A stretch of DNA of 52,412 bases, taken from assembly GCA_023263845.1 (NCBI GenBank), contig JALQUH010000131.1:1-52412 (forward strand), read 5' to 3'. The position numbers and the translations under genes are program-made. Positions 10,073 to 18,461 of the stretch are shown piece after piece (position 1 is the stretch's first letter; every line of letters begins with the position of its first letter). Origin of the DNA: Candidatus Nanopelagicales bacterium. Its GTDB lineage: Bacteria; Actinomycetota; Actinomycetes; S36-B12. Below the pieces are notes generated by a model. That model ran no database searches. It saw only the letters and a list, made by a program, of their open reading frames with translations, and was not told the DNA's origin.

Positions 10073-10387
10073 ATGGAGCCCATGAGCGACGACATCGAAC
10101 GACTCCTGGCCGAGGTCAACAAGTCGACGTCGAGCCCGGCGGCGCAGGGTCAGCCGGGCGCCACCCCCGCGCGCAAACCCTCCTCAGAAGTCGACCGATC
10201 AGCGGACAAGCCTGGCGGCCGACTGGCCTTTGCCGTCATCAGCGCCGTTGTCTTCGGTGCTATCGCCTTCGGTGTCGGCGTCTTCACACCGTTCGTCCTG
10301 TCCGGCACGTCGATGGGGGTTGGCGCCGCAATCGGCTCCTTCATTACAGCGATCATCGCTGGGCCGCCGCGCTGGTTCTCCTCATAG
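10073..10387 (+). CDS. small membrane protein, unknown function
   Basis: This is the in-frame 3' part of track ORF 9815..10387; the upstream part overlaps cspA and is implausible. Sequence MEPMSDDIERLLAEVNK... followed by two hydrophobic helices. Start is ATG 10073 or ATG 10082. Confidence 0.55.
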   Translation: MEPMSDDIERLLAEVNKSTSSPAAQGQPGATPARKPSSEVDRSADKPGGRLAFAVISAVVFGAIAFGVGVFTPFVLSGTSMGVGAAIGSFITAIIAGPPRWFSS

Positions 10388-10415
10388 TCACGACTGTTAC
10401 CCTCGTGACGCCCTG

Positions 10416-10488
10416 GCCCCCGTAGCTCAGGGGATAGAGCGCCGGTTTCCGGTACCGAAGGTCGCAGGTTCGAATCCTGCCGGGGGCG
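10416..10488 (+). tRNA. tRNA-Arg (anticodon CCG)
   Basis: Cloverleaf read by hand: acceptor GCCCCCG/CGGGGGC, D arm GCTC-AGGGGATA-GAGC, anticodon stem CCGGT/ACCGA with loop TTCCGGT (CCG), T arm GCAGG-TTCGAAT-CCTGC, discriminator G. The 3' CCA is not encoded; the genomic sequence reads G-CCCA. Confidence 0.9.
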
Positions 10489-10546
10489 CCCAAACGCAAG
10501 CGGCCCGAACCTATGCTGCCCCCATGGCCACCACCGGAAGGCCCCG

Positions 10547-11509
10547 ATGACTGCCCGTGACCGGCTTGACCCGGAGACCCGCGATGGTCTCGATCTCTTC
10601 CTCGCCGCGGTGCCCGGTGGTTTCGGAGCGATCGACGACATCGTCCAGCGACGCGCTGTTGCCGCGGAGTTCCTCCAACTCACCACGGCCGGTCTTCCCC
10701 CCAACGACCAGGTCATCAGCCAAGAGCGCGTCATCACCGGACCGCCGGACAACCCCGAGTTGACCGTTCGTGTCTACACGCCGGCTCGGGCAACGGGCGT
10801 GCGCCTCCCGGGAATCTTGATGATCCACGGTGGCGGCATGGTCATGGGCAGCGTCGCAGCCGAGCACATCAAAGCCGAAACCTACTGCGAGTCCGTCAAC
10901 GCTGTGATCGTGTCCACGGACTATCGCAAGGCACCCGAGCACCCCTACCCCGCAGGCCCGGACGACTGTTACGCCGCGTTGAACTGGATGGTCGATCACG
11001 CCGACGAGCTGGACATCGACCCCACGCGCATCGCCGTGCTGGGAGGCAGCGCCGGCGGCAACCTCGCGATTAGTACGACGCTGCGGGCCCGTGACCTCGC
11101 GGGTCCAGCCATTGCCTACCTCATGGCCCCGTATCCCATGCTCGATGAGCGCAATGTGACCCCGTCGAGCCATGAGATCACCGACATCGGCGTATGGGAT
11201 CGCACCACGAACGTGGAGGCCTGGGACTGGTACCTCAACGGGCAGTCGCCCGACGCCTACGCCGCTCCGGCCCACGCCGATGACCTCTTCGGACTGCCGC
11301 CCACGTTCATCGATGTCGGCACCCTCGACGCCTTCCGCGATGAGGACATCGCCTTCGTCGGCCGCCTGGCCATGGCCGGCGTACCCGTCGAGTTCCATCT
11401 CTACCCCGGCGCCTTCCATGCCTCGGAGGTCTTCGCCCCGGCCGCCGAACTGAGTCAGCGCATCACGGCTACGCGGATCGCGGCGCTGCGCCGCGCACTG
11501 CACGGCTGA
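10547..11509 (+). CDS. alpha/beta hydrolase, hormone-sensitive-lipase-type esterase
   Basis: 320 aa with the oxyanion motif MIHGGGMV and nucleophile elbow GGSAGGN. GGAAGG ahead of the ATG. Confidence 0.85.
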   Translation: MTARDRLDPETRDGLDLFLAAVPGGFGAIDDIVQRRAVAAEFLQLTTAGLPPNDQVISQERVITGPPDNPELTVRVYTPARATGVRLPGILMIHGGGMVMGSVAAEHIKAETYCESVNAVIVSTDYRKAPEHPYPAGPDDCYAALNWMVDHADELDIDPTRIAVLGGSAGGNLAISTTLRARDLAGPAIAYLMAPYPMLDERNVTPSSHEITDIGVWDRTTNVEAWDWYLNGQSPDAYAAPAHADDLFGLPPTFIDVGTLDAFRDEDIAFVGRLAMAGVPVEFHLYPGAFHASEVFAPAAELSQRITATRIAALRRALHG

Positions 11510-11535
11510 TAACCCCGCACAAGTAGCATCACCGG

Positions 11536-12447
11536 GTGCTCGCCGCCTGGGAAGTCATGGCCCTGGCGATTGCGGCGATCCTCATCATCGGCGACTTCGT
11601 CCGACGAACCCATGGACCGCGGGCAGCCCTCGTCATGCTCGCGCTGGCCGGCGCCTCGCTCAGCGTCGTCTGGATCGCCTACGAGGTGTGGCCGCTGGAG
11701 CAATGGCGCCGCGGCAATCTGGTGGTCGGGCTCGCGATCTTCGCTATGCCAGCCCTCGCGGGGTTGATCATCGCAGGACGACGCGGGCGCCTCACTCGTG
11801 CTGCCCTCGGCTACCTCGCGGTCCTCTGGGCCACTCCAGCCGTGCTCCTTCACCTGAGCCAGGTGCGACTCTTCAACGGCAGTGGTGATCCGTCGTTCGC
11901 GCACTCGATGTGGTGGGCCGCGGTCACCCTGGCCATCTACATCGCCGTTCCCGTCGCCTATGCACTTCTTACCGGTCAGGCGATCCGCTCCTACGGCTTG
12001 TCGCTGGGCTTCGTGCGATCCGAGGCCATCTTCATCGCCCTCATCGCCCCGGCGATTGTCGCGCTCGTCTGGCTGGTCTCCGCCGATGAACGCTTCTTGC
12101 GCACCTACCCCTTCTATGACTACGAGTCCGGCGGCGACAACGCCATCGGCAAACTCATCATCTTCGAATTGGCTTACGGCCTGACATTCGTGGCACTGGA
12201 ATTCTTCTTCCGCGGTTTTCTGGTTTTCGCCGGGCAACCGGTTATGGGCATCCACGCGGTGCCGGTCATGGCCTTTGCCTACTGCCTGCTACACCTGGGC
12301 AAGCCCATGCCCGAGTGCGCTTCGAGCCTCATCGGCGGACTCATCCTGGGGTACGTCGCCCTGCGGCTGCGATCCATCGCGGCAGGTGTCGTGGCCCATC
12401 TCACGATGGCGTGGGGCATGGACGCATTCGTCGTCGGTCGCAGTTGA
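11536..12447 (+). CDS. CPBP-family (CAAX/Abi-type) intramembrane protease-like protein
   Basis: 303-aa polytopic protein. Motif-1-like LEFFFRGF, motif-2-like AYCLLH and motif-3-like HLTMA appear in the usual order and spacing. The first Glu of EExxxR and the Asn/Asp of HxxxN are not conserved. Confidence 0.55.
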   Translation: MLAAWEVMALAIAAILIIGDFVRRTHGPRAALVMLALAGASLSVVWIAYEVWPLEQWRRGNLVVGLAIFAMPALAGLIIAGRRGRLTRAALGYLAVLWATPAVLLHLSQVRLFNGSGDPSFAHSMWWAAVTLAIYIAVPVAYALLTGQAIRSYGLSLGFVRSEAIFIALIAPAIVALVWLVSADERFLRTYPFYDYESGGDNAIGKLIIFELAYGLTFVALEFFFRGFLVFAGQPVMGIHAVPVMAFAYCLLHLGKPMPECASSLIGGLILGYVALRLRSIAAGVVAHLTMAWGMDAFVVGRS

Positions 12448-12449
12448 CG

Positions 12450-13511
12450 CTAGGACCGCTTCGCGGCGGCAGCTAGGGCGCTGCCGAACTTCGGAGTTAG
12501 GCCCAGGTAGCCCGCGAGTTTGGCTGCATCCCCCGTGCGCGCGTGCAGGAGCCCCAGCAATGTGCCGTAGGCGCGCGCTCTGCGACGTCGACCACCTAGA
12601 TCGACCTTGACCCCCTTGGGCAGGGCACGGGCACGTGCCCAAGCCCGAGCAACGTCTCCTTCGGGGCTGGTCGTCCAGCCGAGCATCTCCGGTTGAATCA
12701 GCGGAAGTGATTCGCGTGCGAACAGCACTCGCTGGAGGTCCGAACCGTGCCGCCACCCGCCCGCGACTTCCTCGAGCGGAGTGGAAGTCGCCGGGAGCGC
12801 CTCCAAGAGAATGACGTCGTTCGGCTGCCGTGCCAAGAGCACCAGCAGCCGTCCTTTGTCATCACCCACGGCATCCGCAACCTCGTAGTGCGAGATCAGT
12901 TGAGCCATGGGCTCAGCGACCGTCTCGCGGTAGTGGGCGAGTTCACGCTCGACTCCTTCGATGTCAACGATTGAGGAGTCCCAGCGCTTGGCAACACGAT
13001 CGTGACGCAGCGTCGGTGCCTCACCCGCCTTCACTAGTCGATCGGCAGCCGCCTGCGCGCTGGCACCCACGGCATCGCGAGTGGCACGCGTCGCCATGCC
13101 TAGTGCCCGTTCCGTGCGCGCGTGCAGCGGTGCGTGCGCCAACGAGGTCACAGATCGGCGATACCCCTCGGCGAGGTCCGCGACGCAGCGGTGGCCTTCA
13201 TGCTTGGACACCCGACGTGCGAGGGCAACGATGTCCAACTCCCACGGTCCAGGTAGCGCGTCGTCGACATCGGTCACGTCGAGCACGGCAACCTCCGCTG
13301 ACCCGTTGACCGGCATGATCGACGCAACGCCTGCATCGCCCACGAGCCACACATCGATCCCCGTTGCGGCCGAATCCAACGCCTCCGCGAAATCGATCTC
13401 CTTGCGTAGTAGGCGGCCCTGGTGCTCGCGTTCAGTCGACGGCGGACCGGTAGGCACGCGCGGAGGGTCCGCATATTCGCGGCGCCCCGTGGTTTGGGGC
13501 ATCTCATTCAT
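12450..13511 (-). CDS. DUF2252-like protein (divergent)
   Basis: 353 aa. The segment DVWLVGDAGVASIMPVNGSAEVAVLDVTDVDDALPGPWELDIVALARRV parallels the DUF2252 core (cGDaHl.NFG ... lNDFDEt.pGP.ewDlkRLa), but the His position is Gly. ATGA overlap with the upstream hydrolase gene. Confidence 0.35.
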   Translation of the reverse strand: MNEMPQTTGRREYADPPRVPTGPPSTEREHQGRLLRKEIDFAEALDSAATGIDVWLVGDAGVASIMPVNGSAEVAVLDVTDVDDALPGPWELDIVALARRVSKHEGHRCVADLAEGYRRSVTSLAHAPLHARTERALGMATRATRDAVGASAQAAADRLVKAGEAPTLRHDRVAKRWDSSIVDIEGVERELAHYRETVAEPMAQLISHYEVADAVGDDKGRLLVLLARQPNDVILLEALPATSTPLEEVAGGWRHGSDLQRVLFARESLPLIQPEMLGWTTSPEGDVARAWARARALPKGVKVDLGGRRRRARAYGTLLGLLHARTGDAAKLAGYLGLTPKFGSALAAAAKRS

Positions 13512-14404
13512 CTTCTGACTCCCGACTGCCAGACGTGACGGATCGCTGCCCGGACGGTATCGGTCGCGAGGTACGTCGTGTCCAGATGGGCGGTGAGGGC
13601 CCGTCCGGCGGTCCCGAGAAGTCGCGGCAACGCCTCCACCCCGGACACGTCAGCACTGATCATGGGCACGAATGCATCGTGGGCCGCGGGGAACCGCGGA
13701 TGCAATCCGCGACCGAGGGGCACCGGATCCAGCAGGTGTACGACATTGAGCCAGCCGCCAACACGGTCATAGGGAAAAACGTCCGCCACCGGGAGCTCGC
13801 CGTGAACGGCCTCATGGCCCAAGGGGCTGCCGACAGTGACAAGCAGGTCGAGTTCGACGTGCGGGTCGAGGAGCAGATCAAGTGCCACCACCGATCCCAA
13901 GGAGTGCGCGATTAGTACACGTGGGCGGGGAGCCATGAGCACGGATCGCCGGACACGATGGGCGACGGCATCTCGACGCTGCGCATCGTCGAGATAGCGA
14001 CCGACCTGATCCAGTCCGAACAGTGAACTGCGAATGAGTCGGGCGAGCGGGAGACGCGTTGAAAGATCGCCCGGCCGCGGTAGTCCAGACGGCCAGGCCA
14101 TCCCCTCCGGCAGCGCGTCGCCATCGCGTCGCACTCGCTCGCCGAGGTCCCGCTGGCGGTCGAGGTATCGCAGTCGCGCTCCATCATCGACGAGCGGGCG
14201 CTCGAACGACTGCGGCGATCTGCGGCGCAGGGTCGCTTCCGGCCGCAGGAGATCGGCGTACGTCGGGGCGGTGAACGCCATGCCGTCGTCGAGGTCGGCG
14301 AGTGGACGAGCCCAGTCCGGACGCACGCCGCCAACCCCATGGAGAAAAACGACGGATCCGGCGCTACTCACCCGTGCAGCGTACGTCGGCACACCGATCA
14401 CCAC
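13508..14404 (-). CDS. alpha/beta hydrolase (lipase-like), unknown substrate
   Basis: 298 aa with VVFLHGVGG near the N-terminus and the GxSxG elbow IAHSLGS. The start is uncertain: GTG at 14404, 14395 or 14374. Confidence 0.6.
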   Translation of the reverse strand: MVIGVPTYAARVSSAGSVVFLHGVGGVRPDWARPLADLDDGMAFTAPTYADLLRPEATLRRRSPQSFERPLVDDGARLRYLDRQRDLGERVRRDGDALPEGMAWPSGLPRPGDLSTRLPLARLIRSSLFGLDQVGRYLDDAQRRDAVAHRVRRSVLMAPRPRVLIAHSLGSVVALDLLLDPHVELDLLVTVGSPLGHEAVHGELPVADVFPYDRVGGWLNVVHLLDPVPLGRGLHPRFPAAHDAFVPMISADVSGVEALPRLLGTAGRALTAHLDTTYLATDTVRAAIRHVWQSGVRR

Positions 14405-14483
14405 CCCGCGCTGGCCTCGACATGCCGCCGCAGCGGCCCCACATGTGACACCACAGGGGCGGTTGAGAACAGAAAAATCGCGT

Positions 14484-14496
14484 GTGACTCACGTGA
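14484..14496. promoter_or_regulatory. overlapping palindromes GTGAcTCAC / TCACGTGA in an AT-rich patch (candidate operator)
   Basis: gtgactcacgtga contains the perfect 8-bp palindrome TCACGTGA (14489-14496) overlapping GTGA-c-TCAC (14484-14492). It sits in the only AT-rich patch of the 520-bp gap. Confidence 0.3.
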
Positions 14497-14528
14497 TCAA
14501 AGTTGTTCAAAAAAGTGCGCGAAACCCC

Positions 14529-14558
14529 TTGTCGGTCCTTGCTTCCGGGAGTAGAAAT
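14529..14558 (+). promoter_or_regulatory. possible promoter for the plus-strand RNA candidate
   Basis: TTGTCG, 17 nt spacer, TAGAAA(T). This is only a loose match to sigma-A type -35/-10 elements. Confidence 0.25.
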
Positions 14559-14559
14559 A

Positions 14560-14838
14560 CCTCACCAACCGGGCAACCGGGAGGTGCGGAAAACCGAAGA
14601 GGCGATCAGGTGCAAACCAGGTCGCGGGCAACCGTCCGAGGCAAGTGCCTTGGCTTGGACCTTGAGGAAGACCGCGGAAAGGCAAGCGGGTGGCTTAAGC
14701 CACCGCGGCGGCGACCCGGCAACGGGAGCGACGGGCGCGAGCAGGCACGCTGGCGTTCCTCCGAAAGGAGAGCCGCAAAACGCGCCGATCCAGGGCAAGG
14801 CCCCTCGAACTCATACTTCGAGGGGCCTTGTCCTTGTC
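14560..14838 (+). ncRNA. candidate structured ncRNA (~270 nt), family not recognised
   Basis: No protein-like ORF. Contains several short GNRA-capped hairpins: CCGG-GCAA-CCGG 14569-80, CGG-GCAA-CCG 14625-34, CCCG-GCAA-CGGG 14715-26 and CTCC-GAAA-GGAG 14759-70. Also GGTGGC-TTAA-GCCACC at 14689-704. Ends in a perfect 14-bp stem terminator. No plus-strand gene lies downstream. Confidence 0.4.
14796..14838 (+). terminator. strong hairpin terminator, possibly bidirectional and shared with convergent oleD
   Basis: caaggcccctcgaa (14796-809) / ttcgaggggccttg (14817-830) form a perfect 14-bp stem with a 7-nt loop, followed by tccttgtct. Confidence 0.7.
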
Positions 14839-14924
14839 TAGACCATGACCGTGGCCAAACGGCGGCGCCACGCCGTAGAGATCCTGGGGTTTGAGGTGAA
14901 TTCACACCCCGTGCGGGGCCTACC

Positions 14925-15920
14925 TCACCTGCCGTAATACGCCGACAGGCGTGCAAATCCCTCGTCAATCGACACCCGCGGCGACCACTGTAGGGCGGTG
15001 CGCACCTCACGCTGATCGAACCAGTGCGCGGTCGCCAACTGTTCAGCGAGGAACGACGTCACCGGAGGCTCGCCCGACCGACCGGTGCGCTCCCACCATT
15101 CCTCAACCACTCGCCCGCCGGCCCTTGCCACGGCGTACGGGACCTCCCGACTCGGCCCGGCCGCTCCGCCGGCGCGCGCGATGCGCGTGACCATCTCCAG
15201 CACCGTGCGCGGCTCGCCGTTGGAGACAACGAACGCTCGACCCCGCACCGCAGGTGCGGCTGCGCGATGGACCGCCGCCGCGATCGCGTCGCCCGCGTTG
15301 TCGATGTAGGTGGTGTCGATCAATGCAGCACCTGAACCAATGGTTACGAGGCGCCCACTGCGAGCTCGATCGATGATGCGTTCGGTCAACTGACTGTCCC
15401 CGGGACCCCAAACCAGGTGAGGGCGCACGACAACGACGGCCATGTCATCACTGTTCGCATCGAGAGCCAGCAACTCCGCAGCCGCCTTGCTGCGCGCATA
15501 GTTTCCGCGCGCCGCCACTGGATCAGCGGTCCCCGCGGGGGCCCCAACAAGCGCTCGTCCTGTGTGCGCCACGGAGGGAGATGACACCATCACCAGCCGG
15601 CCGACACCGGCCGCGCGAGCCGCATCGACGACTGCCGCGGTGCCGGCAATATTGATGCGCTCGTAGTCCTCCCACGGGCCGACGATGTCGACCCGCGCGG
15701 CCGCATGCACGACCGCGTCAGCTCCGCGAAAGGCCGCGGTCAGATCATTGGCGTCCCCGGTGATATCAGCACGAACTTCATTCACCCCGATCGAACGCAG
15801 CGCATCGCTGATCGTGCCGCGCTGCAAACTCACGACATCGCAGCCGTCGTGCACCAGCGCGCGCGCCACTGCTCCACCGACTACGCCGCCCCCGCCGGTG
15901 ATGACGATGCGCTCAGGCAT
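14925..15920 (-). CDS. oleD: OleD, NAD(P)H-dependent 2-alkyl-3-oxoacid reductase (3beta-HSD/epimerase-type SDR)
   Basis: N-terminus MPERIVITGGGGVVGG (Rossmann fold). It is the last gene of the oleA-oleBC-oleD arrangement. ATG 15920 overlaps the oleBC stop by 8 nt; the alternative start is GTG 15932. Confidence 0.8.
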   Translation of the reverse strand: MPERIVITGGGGVVGGAVARALVHDGCDVVSLQRGTISDALRSIGVNEVRADITGDANDLTAAFRGADAVVHAAARVDIVGPWEDYERINIAGTAAVVDAARAAGVGRLVMVSSPSVAHTGRALVGAPAGTADPVAARGNYARSKAAAELLALDANSDDMAVVVVRPHLVWGPGDSQLTERIIDRARSGRLVTIGSGAALIDTTYIDNAGDAIAAAVHRAAAPAVRGRAFVVSNGEPRTVLEMVTRIARAGGAAGPSREVPYAVARAGGRVVEEWWERTGRSGEPPVTSFLAEQLATAHWFDQREVRTALQWSPRVSIDEGFARLSAYYGR

Positions 15921-18456
15921 CGTCGCCGTCACCCGCTAACAGTTCGGTCGCTTCCGCGGCAACGCGCGCGCGATCCACCTTCGATCGGTGGCGCACGTCC
16001 ACAGGAATTTCACGCATGGTCAACACCGCGGCGACGTCGATCCCGGTCGCCTCCCGCACCGCCTCGCGAATGCGCATCACTAGATCGACGTCGGCCGGAC
16101 CCAGGGCCGGTCCTGGCACCTGAAGGACAACCACAACAGCCTGCGTGCCAGCAGGCCCAACCCCCACACACGCCGACAGCACCGCACCGGCCGCCCGCTG
16201 CGCTGCGAGTTCGACACCGACGGGGGTGAGCGGCCCATCGGCCGTCGTGATGACGTGGGCGAGTCGACCCTCAACCCACAATCGGCCCTCCTCATCGAGG
16301 TGCCCCACATCGCCGGTGCGGTGCCACCCCTGCGGTGTATCCGCTCGATCCTGGACTCCCCAACGACGGTCGTACCGATCGCGCATCCATGGCGCCCGCA
16401 CGACGATTTCTCCGGTAACCCCGGAGCTGGTCGTTATGTCATCGGCCGACGACCCATCGGCCGCGAGCGGCGCGATAGCGACGTCCACACCGGCGAGGGG
16501 GCGCCCGACCAGAACTCCCGAGCCCTGCGCCGACACCAACTCGGCCAGGTCGGTTGCCGTCAGAGGTAGAGCCTCGGTCATGCCGTACGGCGTACTGCAC
16601 CGTGCGGTCGGCACCAGGGCCGACGCCTCGGCGAGCAACTCCACCGGTACTGGGGCCCCGGCGACCAGGATCTCGCGCAGCGTGTGTAGATCCGAACGCT
16701 GACCAGGGGTGAGGAAGTCAGCCGTGGAGACGATGCCCCGAAGACCGGTCGGCGACGCCCACATGAGCGTGCCACCGACGGCGGCCGTTGCCTCGGCGAA
16801 GGACGTCGACGTTAACGTCGACGCGTCCGTCAGATCCATGTTCGGAATGGCGGACGCAATGCCCAGAGCAGGGCCAAGCACAGCCCAAGGGGCGAAGGCG
16901 GCGACCAGGGCATCGGACTCAGTGATTTCGTAGGCGGTACGTAGGGCCTCGCGCAGTGCACGCAGCTGACCCTGGGTGTAGACGACGCCCTTCGCGGGCC
17001 CGGTCGCGCCGGACGTGAATGCCACGAGTGCGTCGACGGACGCATCGGGAGACGGCGGCATGACCACGCCGGCCTCTTCGCGTCCGCGTCGTGCCACCTC
17101 CGACAACGTCGCGTCCGCGCCAAGGAGTCGGGCCGTAGCTCCCGGACGGCCGACGAGGAACCGGCGACCGGGAATCTCCAACGTGCGCGCGAGACCGAGA
17201 CCGGCGGGGATGCCGATGACATGGGTCGGCTCGGCTGAACGCAACGCACGACGCATGCCGCGCAGCCCTAGCCCTGAATCAGCAACGACGACCACAGCGC
17301 CGATGCTCCAGGTCGCGTAGACCGACGCGATGAGATCGGGGCCGGGCGTCACGAGCAGTGCCACGCGATCGCCCGGCGCCACGCCCCAAGCGATCATTCC
17401 GCGAGCAATCTCCCCGGTACGCGCGGCAAGGCGCTGCCAGCTCACTCGCAGACCCGAACGCATGTCGGCAATAGCGACACCCGTGTCCTCAGAGCGCCCC
17501 ACCAGGCTCGCATTCATATCGGGAAGGTCCCTACCCACCGGCTCCACCGATGAACGCCTACCTTCCCGCAAGCGGCTGATCCACGCGATGATGTCGGGGA
17601 CGCACCGTGCGTCATCCTCGGTCACGAGATGGCGGGCACCCTCGTAGCGATGCACGTCGGCGTGCGGCATGCGCGCGACGAGATCGCGCAGGTATCGGTC
17701 GGAGAACACCGGATCATCAGCGCCCCACGCGAGGAACACCGGAAGGTCCTCCAGGTGAGTGATGCCTTCGGCGATGGCGTCGAGCGTCGGCGCACTGGGG
17801 TGGTCCGCCTCCAGCGGAATATCTGCCACGAAGTCCATGACGGCCGTGCGGTCCCGCGCGCTCGCATAGGGCGCGGCGTACGCGGCAACAACCTCGCTCG
17901 GCAGTCGCCGGGATAGTGCCGTCGTGCCGCGTACGAAGGCTCGACTCCCCCGAGTTACCCACGGCAGTAGTGCCCGAGAGCGGGCCAGTCTGATAAGTCC
18001 CGGCGCACGCGCGCCCGCCGGCTGATGCACGGCCGTGTTGGTGAGCACGACGCCCACCACCAGATCCCGGTGCTCCAGGACCCAGCCGAGTGAGATGGGG
18101 CCACCCCAGTCGTGGGCGACCGTCACCACCGGTCCGGTGACCCCCATCGCATCGGTGAGGGCGGCAAGATCGGCCACCCGATCGGCGAGACGACGCGGTT
18201 CACCCCGCGAGGAGTACCCCATGCCCAATTGGTCGACGGCGATGACGCGCCAGGTGGGCGGGGCTTGCGCAAGGAGCCGTCGCCACAGGTAGGACCACGT
18301 GGGGTTGCCATGGACGGCGAGGACGGTGACCTCAGGCGTCCCTAGCGCGGGCCGCTCCAACACGTGCATCGTTCCCCGGCCCGGCAACTCGATCATTCGT
18401 GACCATGCTGGATCCAATCCAGGCAGGTCCGTCGGCGGCAGATGTGCGGCCGTCAT
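15913..18456 (-). CDS. oleBC: OleB-OleC fusion: haloalkane-dehalogenase-like alpha/beta hydrolase (beta-lactone decarboxylase) plus AMP-dependent synthetase (beta-lactone synthetase)
   Basis: 847 aa. The N-terminal half has VHGNPTWSYLWR and HDWGGPISLGW (HLD-type nucleophile Asp). The C-terminal half has the adenylate-forming motif FTSGATGPAKGV. It starts 5 nt after the oleA stop. Confidence 0.85.
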   Translation of the reverse strand: MTAAHLPPTDLPGLDPAWSRMIELPGRGTMHVLERPALGTPEVTVLAVHGNPTWSYLWRRLLAQAPPTWRVIAVDQLGMGYSSRGEPRRLADRVADLAALTDAMGVTGPVVTVAHDWGGPISLGWVLEHRDLVVGVVLTNTAVHQPAGARAPGLIRLARSRALLPWVTRGSRAFVRGTTALSRRLPSEVVAAYAAPYASARDRTAVMDFVADIPLEADHPSAPTLDAIAEGITHLEDLPVFLAWGADDPVFSDRYLRDLVARMPHADVHRYEGARHLVTEDDARCVPDIIAWISRLREGRRSSVEPVGRDLPDMNASLVGRSEDTGVAIADMRSGLRVSWQRLAARTGEIARGMIAWGVAPGDRVALLVTPGPDLIASVYATWSIGAVVVVADSGLGLRGMRRALRSAEPTHVIGIPAGLGLARTLEIPGRRFLVGRPGATARLLGADATLSEVARRGREEAGVVMPPSPDASVDALVAFTSGATGPAKGVVYTQGQLRALREALRTAYEITESDALVAAFAPWAVLGPALGIASAIPNMDLTDASTLTSTSFAEATAAVGGTLMWASPTGLRGIVSTADFLTPGQRSDLHTLREILVAGAPVPVELLAEASALVPTARCSTPYGMTEALPLTATDLAELVSAQGSGVLVGRPLAGVDVAIAPLAADGSSADDITTSSGVTGEIVVRAPWMRDRYDRRWGVQDRADTPQGWHRTGDVGHLDEEGRLWVEGRLAHVITTADGPLTPVGVELAAQRAAGAVLSACVGVGPAGTQAVVVVLQVPGPALGPADVDLVMRIREAVREATGIDVAAVLTMREIPVDVRHRSKVDRARVAAEATELLAGDGDDA

Positions 18457-18461
18457 TGCGG

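Noticed and set aside
10416-14404. tRNA-Arg followed by four accessory-looking genes, considered as a possible tRNA-targeted genomic islet.
   Set aside because: There is no integrase or recombinase, I could find no direct repeat of the tRNA 3' end by eye at the far boundary, and I noticed no clear GC shift.
14576-14625. Partial similarity to the guanidine-III (ykkC-III) riboswitch (CCGG.A.GGTGCG ... TCAGG.CAA.AC).
   Set aside because: The 3' strand needed to pair with GTGCGG (a CCGCAC-type segment closing the pseudoknot) is absent, and there is no downstream transporter or carboxylase gene.
14596-14680. Resemblance to a cobalamin riboswitch core (AGGCGATCAGGTGCAAACCAGGTCGCGGGCAACCGT versus AGGGAA..GGTG..AA..CC...GC.G.CCCGCAACTGT) and a GAAGACCGCGG string resembling a B12 box.
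   Set aside because: The arms that should form the stem around GGTGCAAACC are not complementary (TCAGG / CCAGG). There is no GCCACTG...GGGAAGGC element, the B12-box match is partial, and there is no downstream plus-strand gene to regulate.
14846-14936. 31-codon plus-strand ORF (MTVAKRRRHAVEILGFEVNSHPVRGLPHLP) after the strong hairpin.
   Set aside because: It has no ribosome-binding site, lies downstream of a terminator, overlaps the oleD 3' end, and has a basic low-complexity composition.
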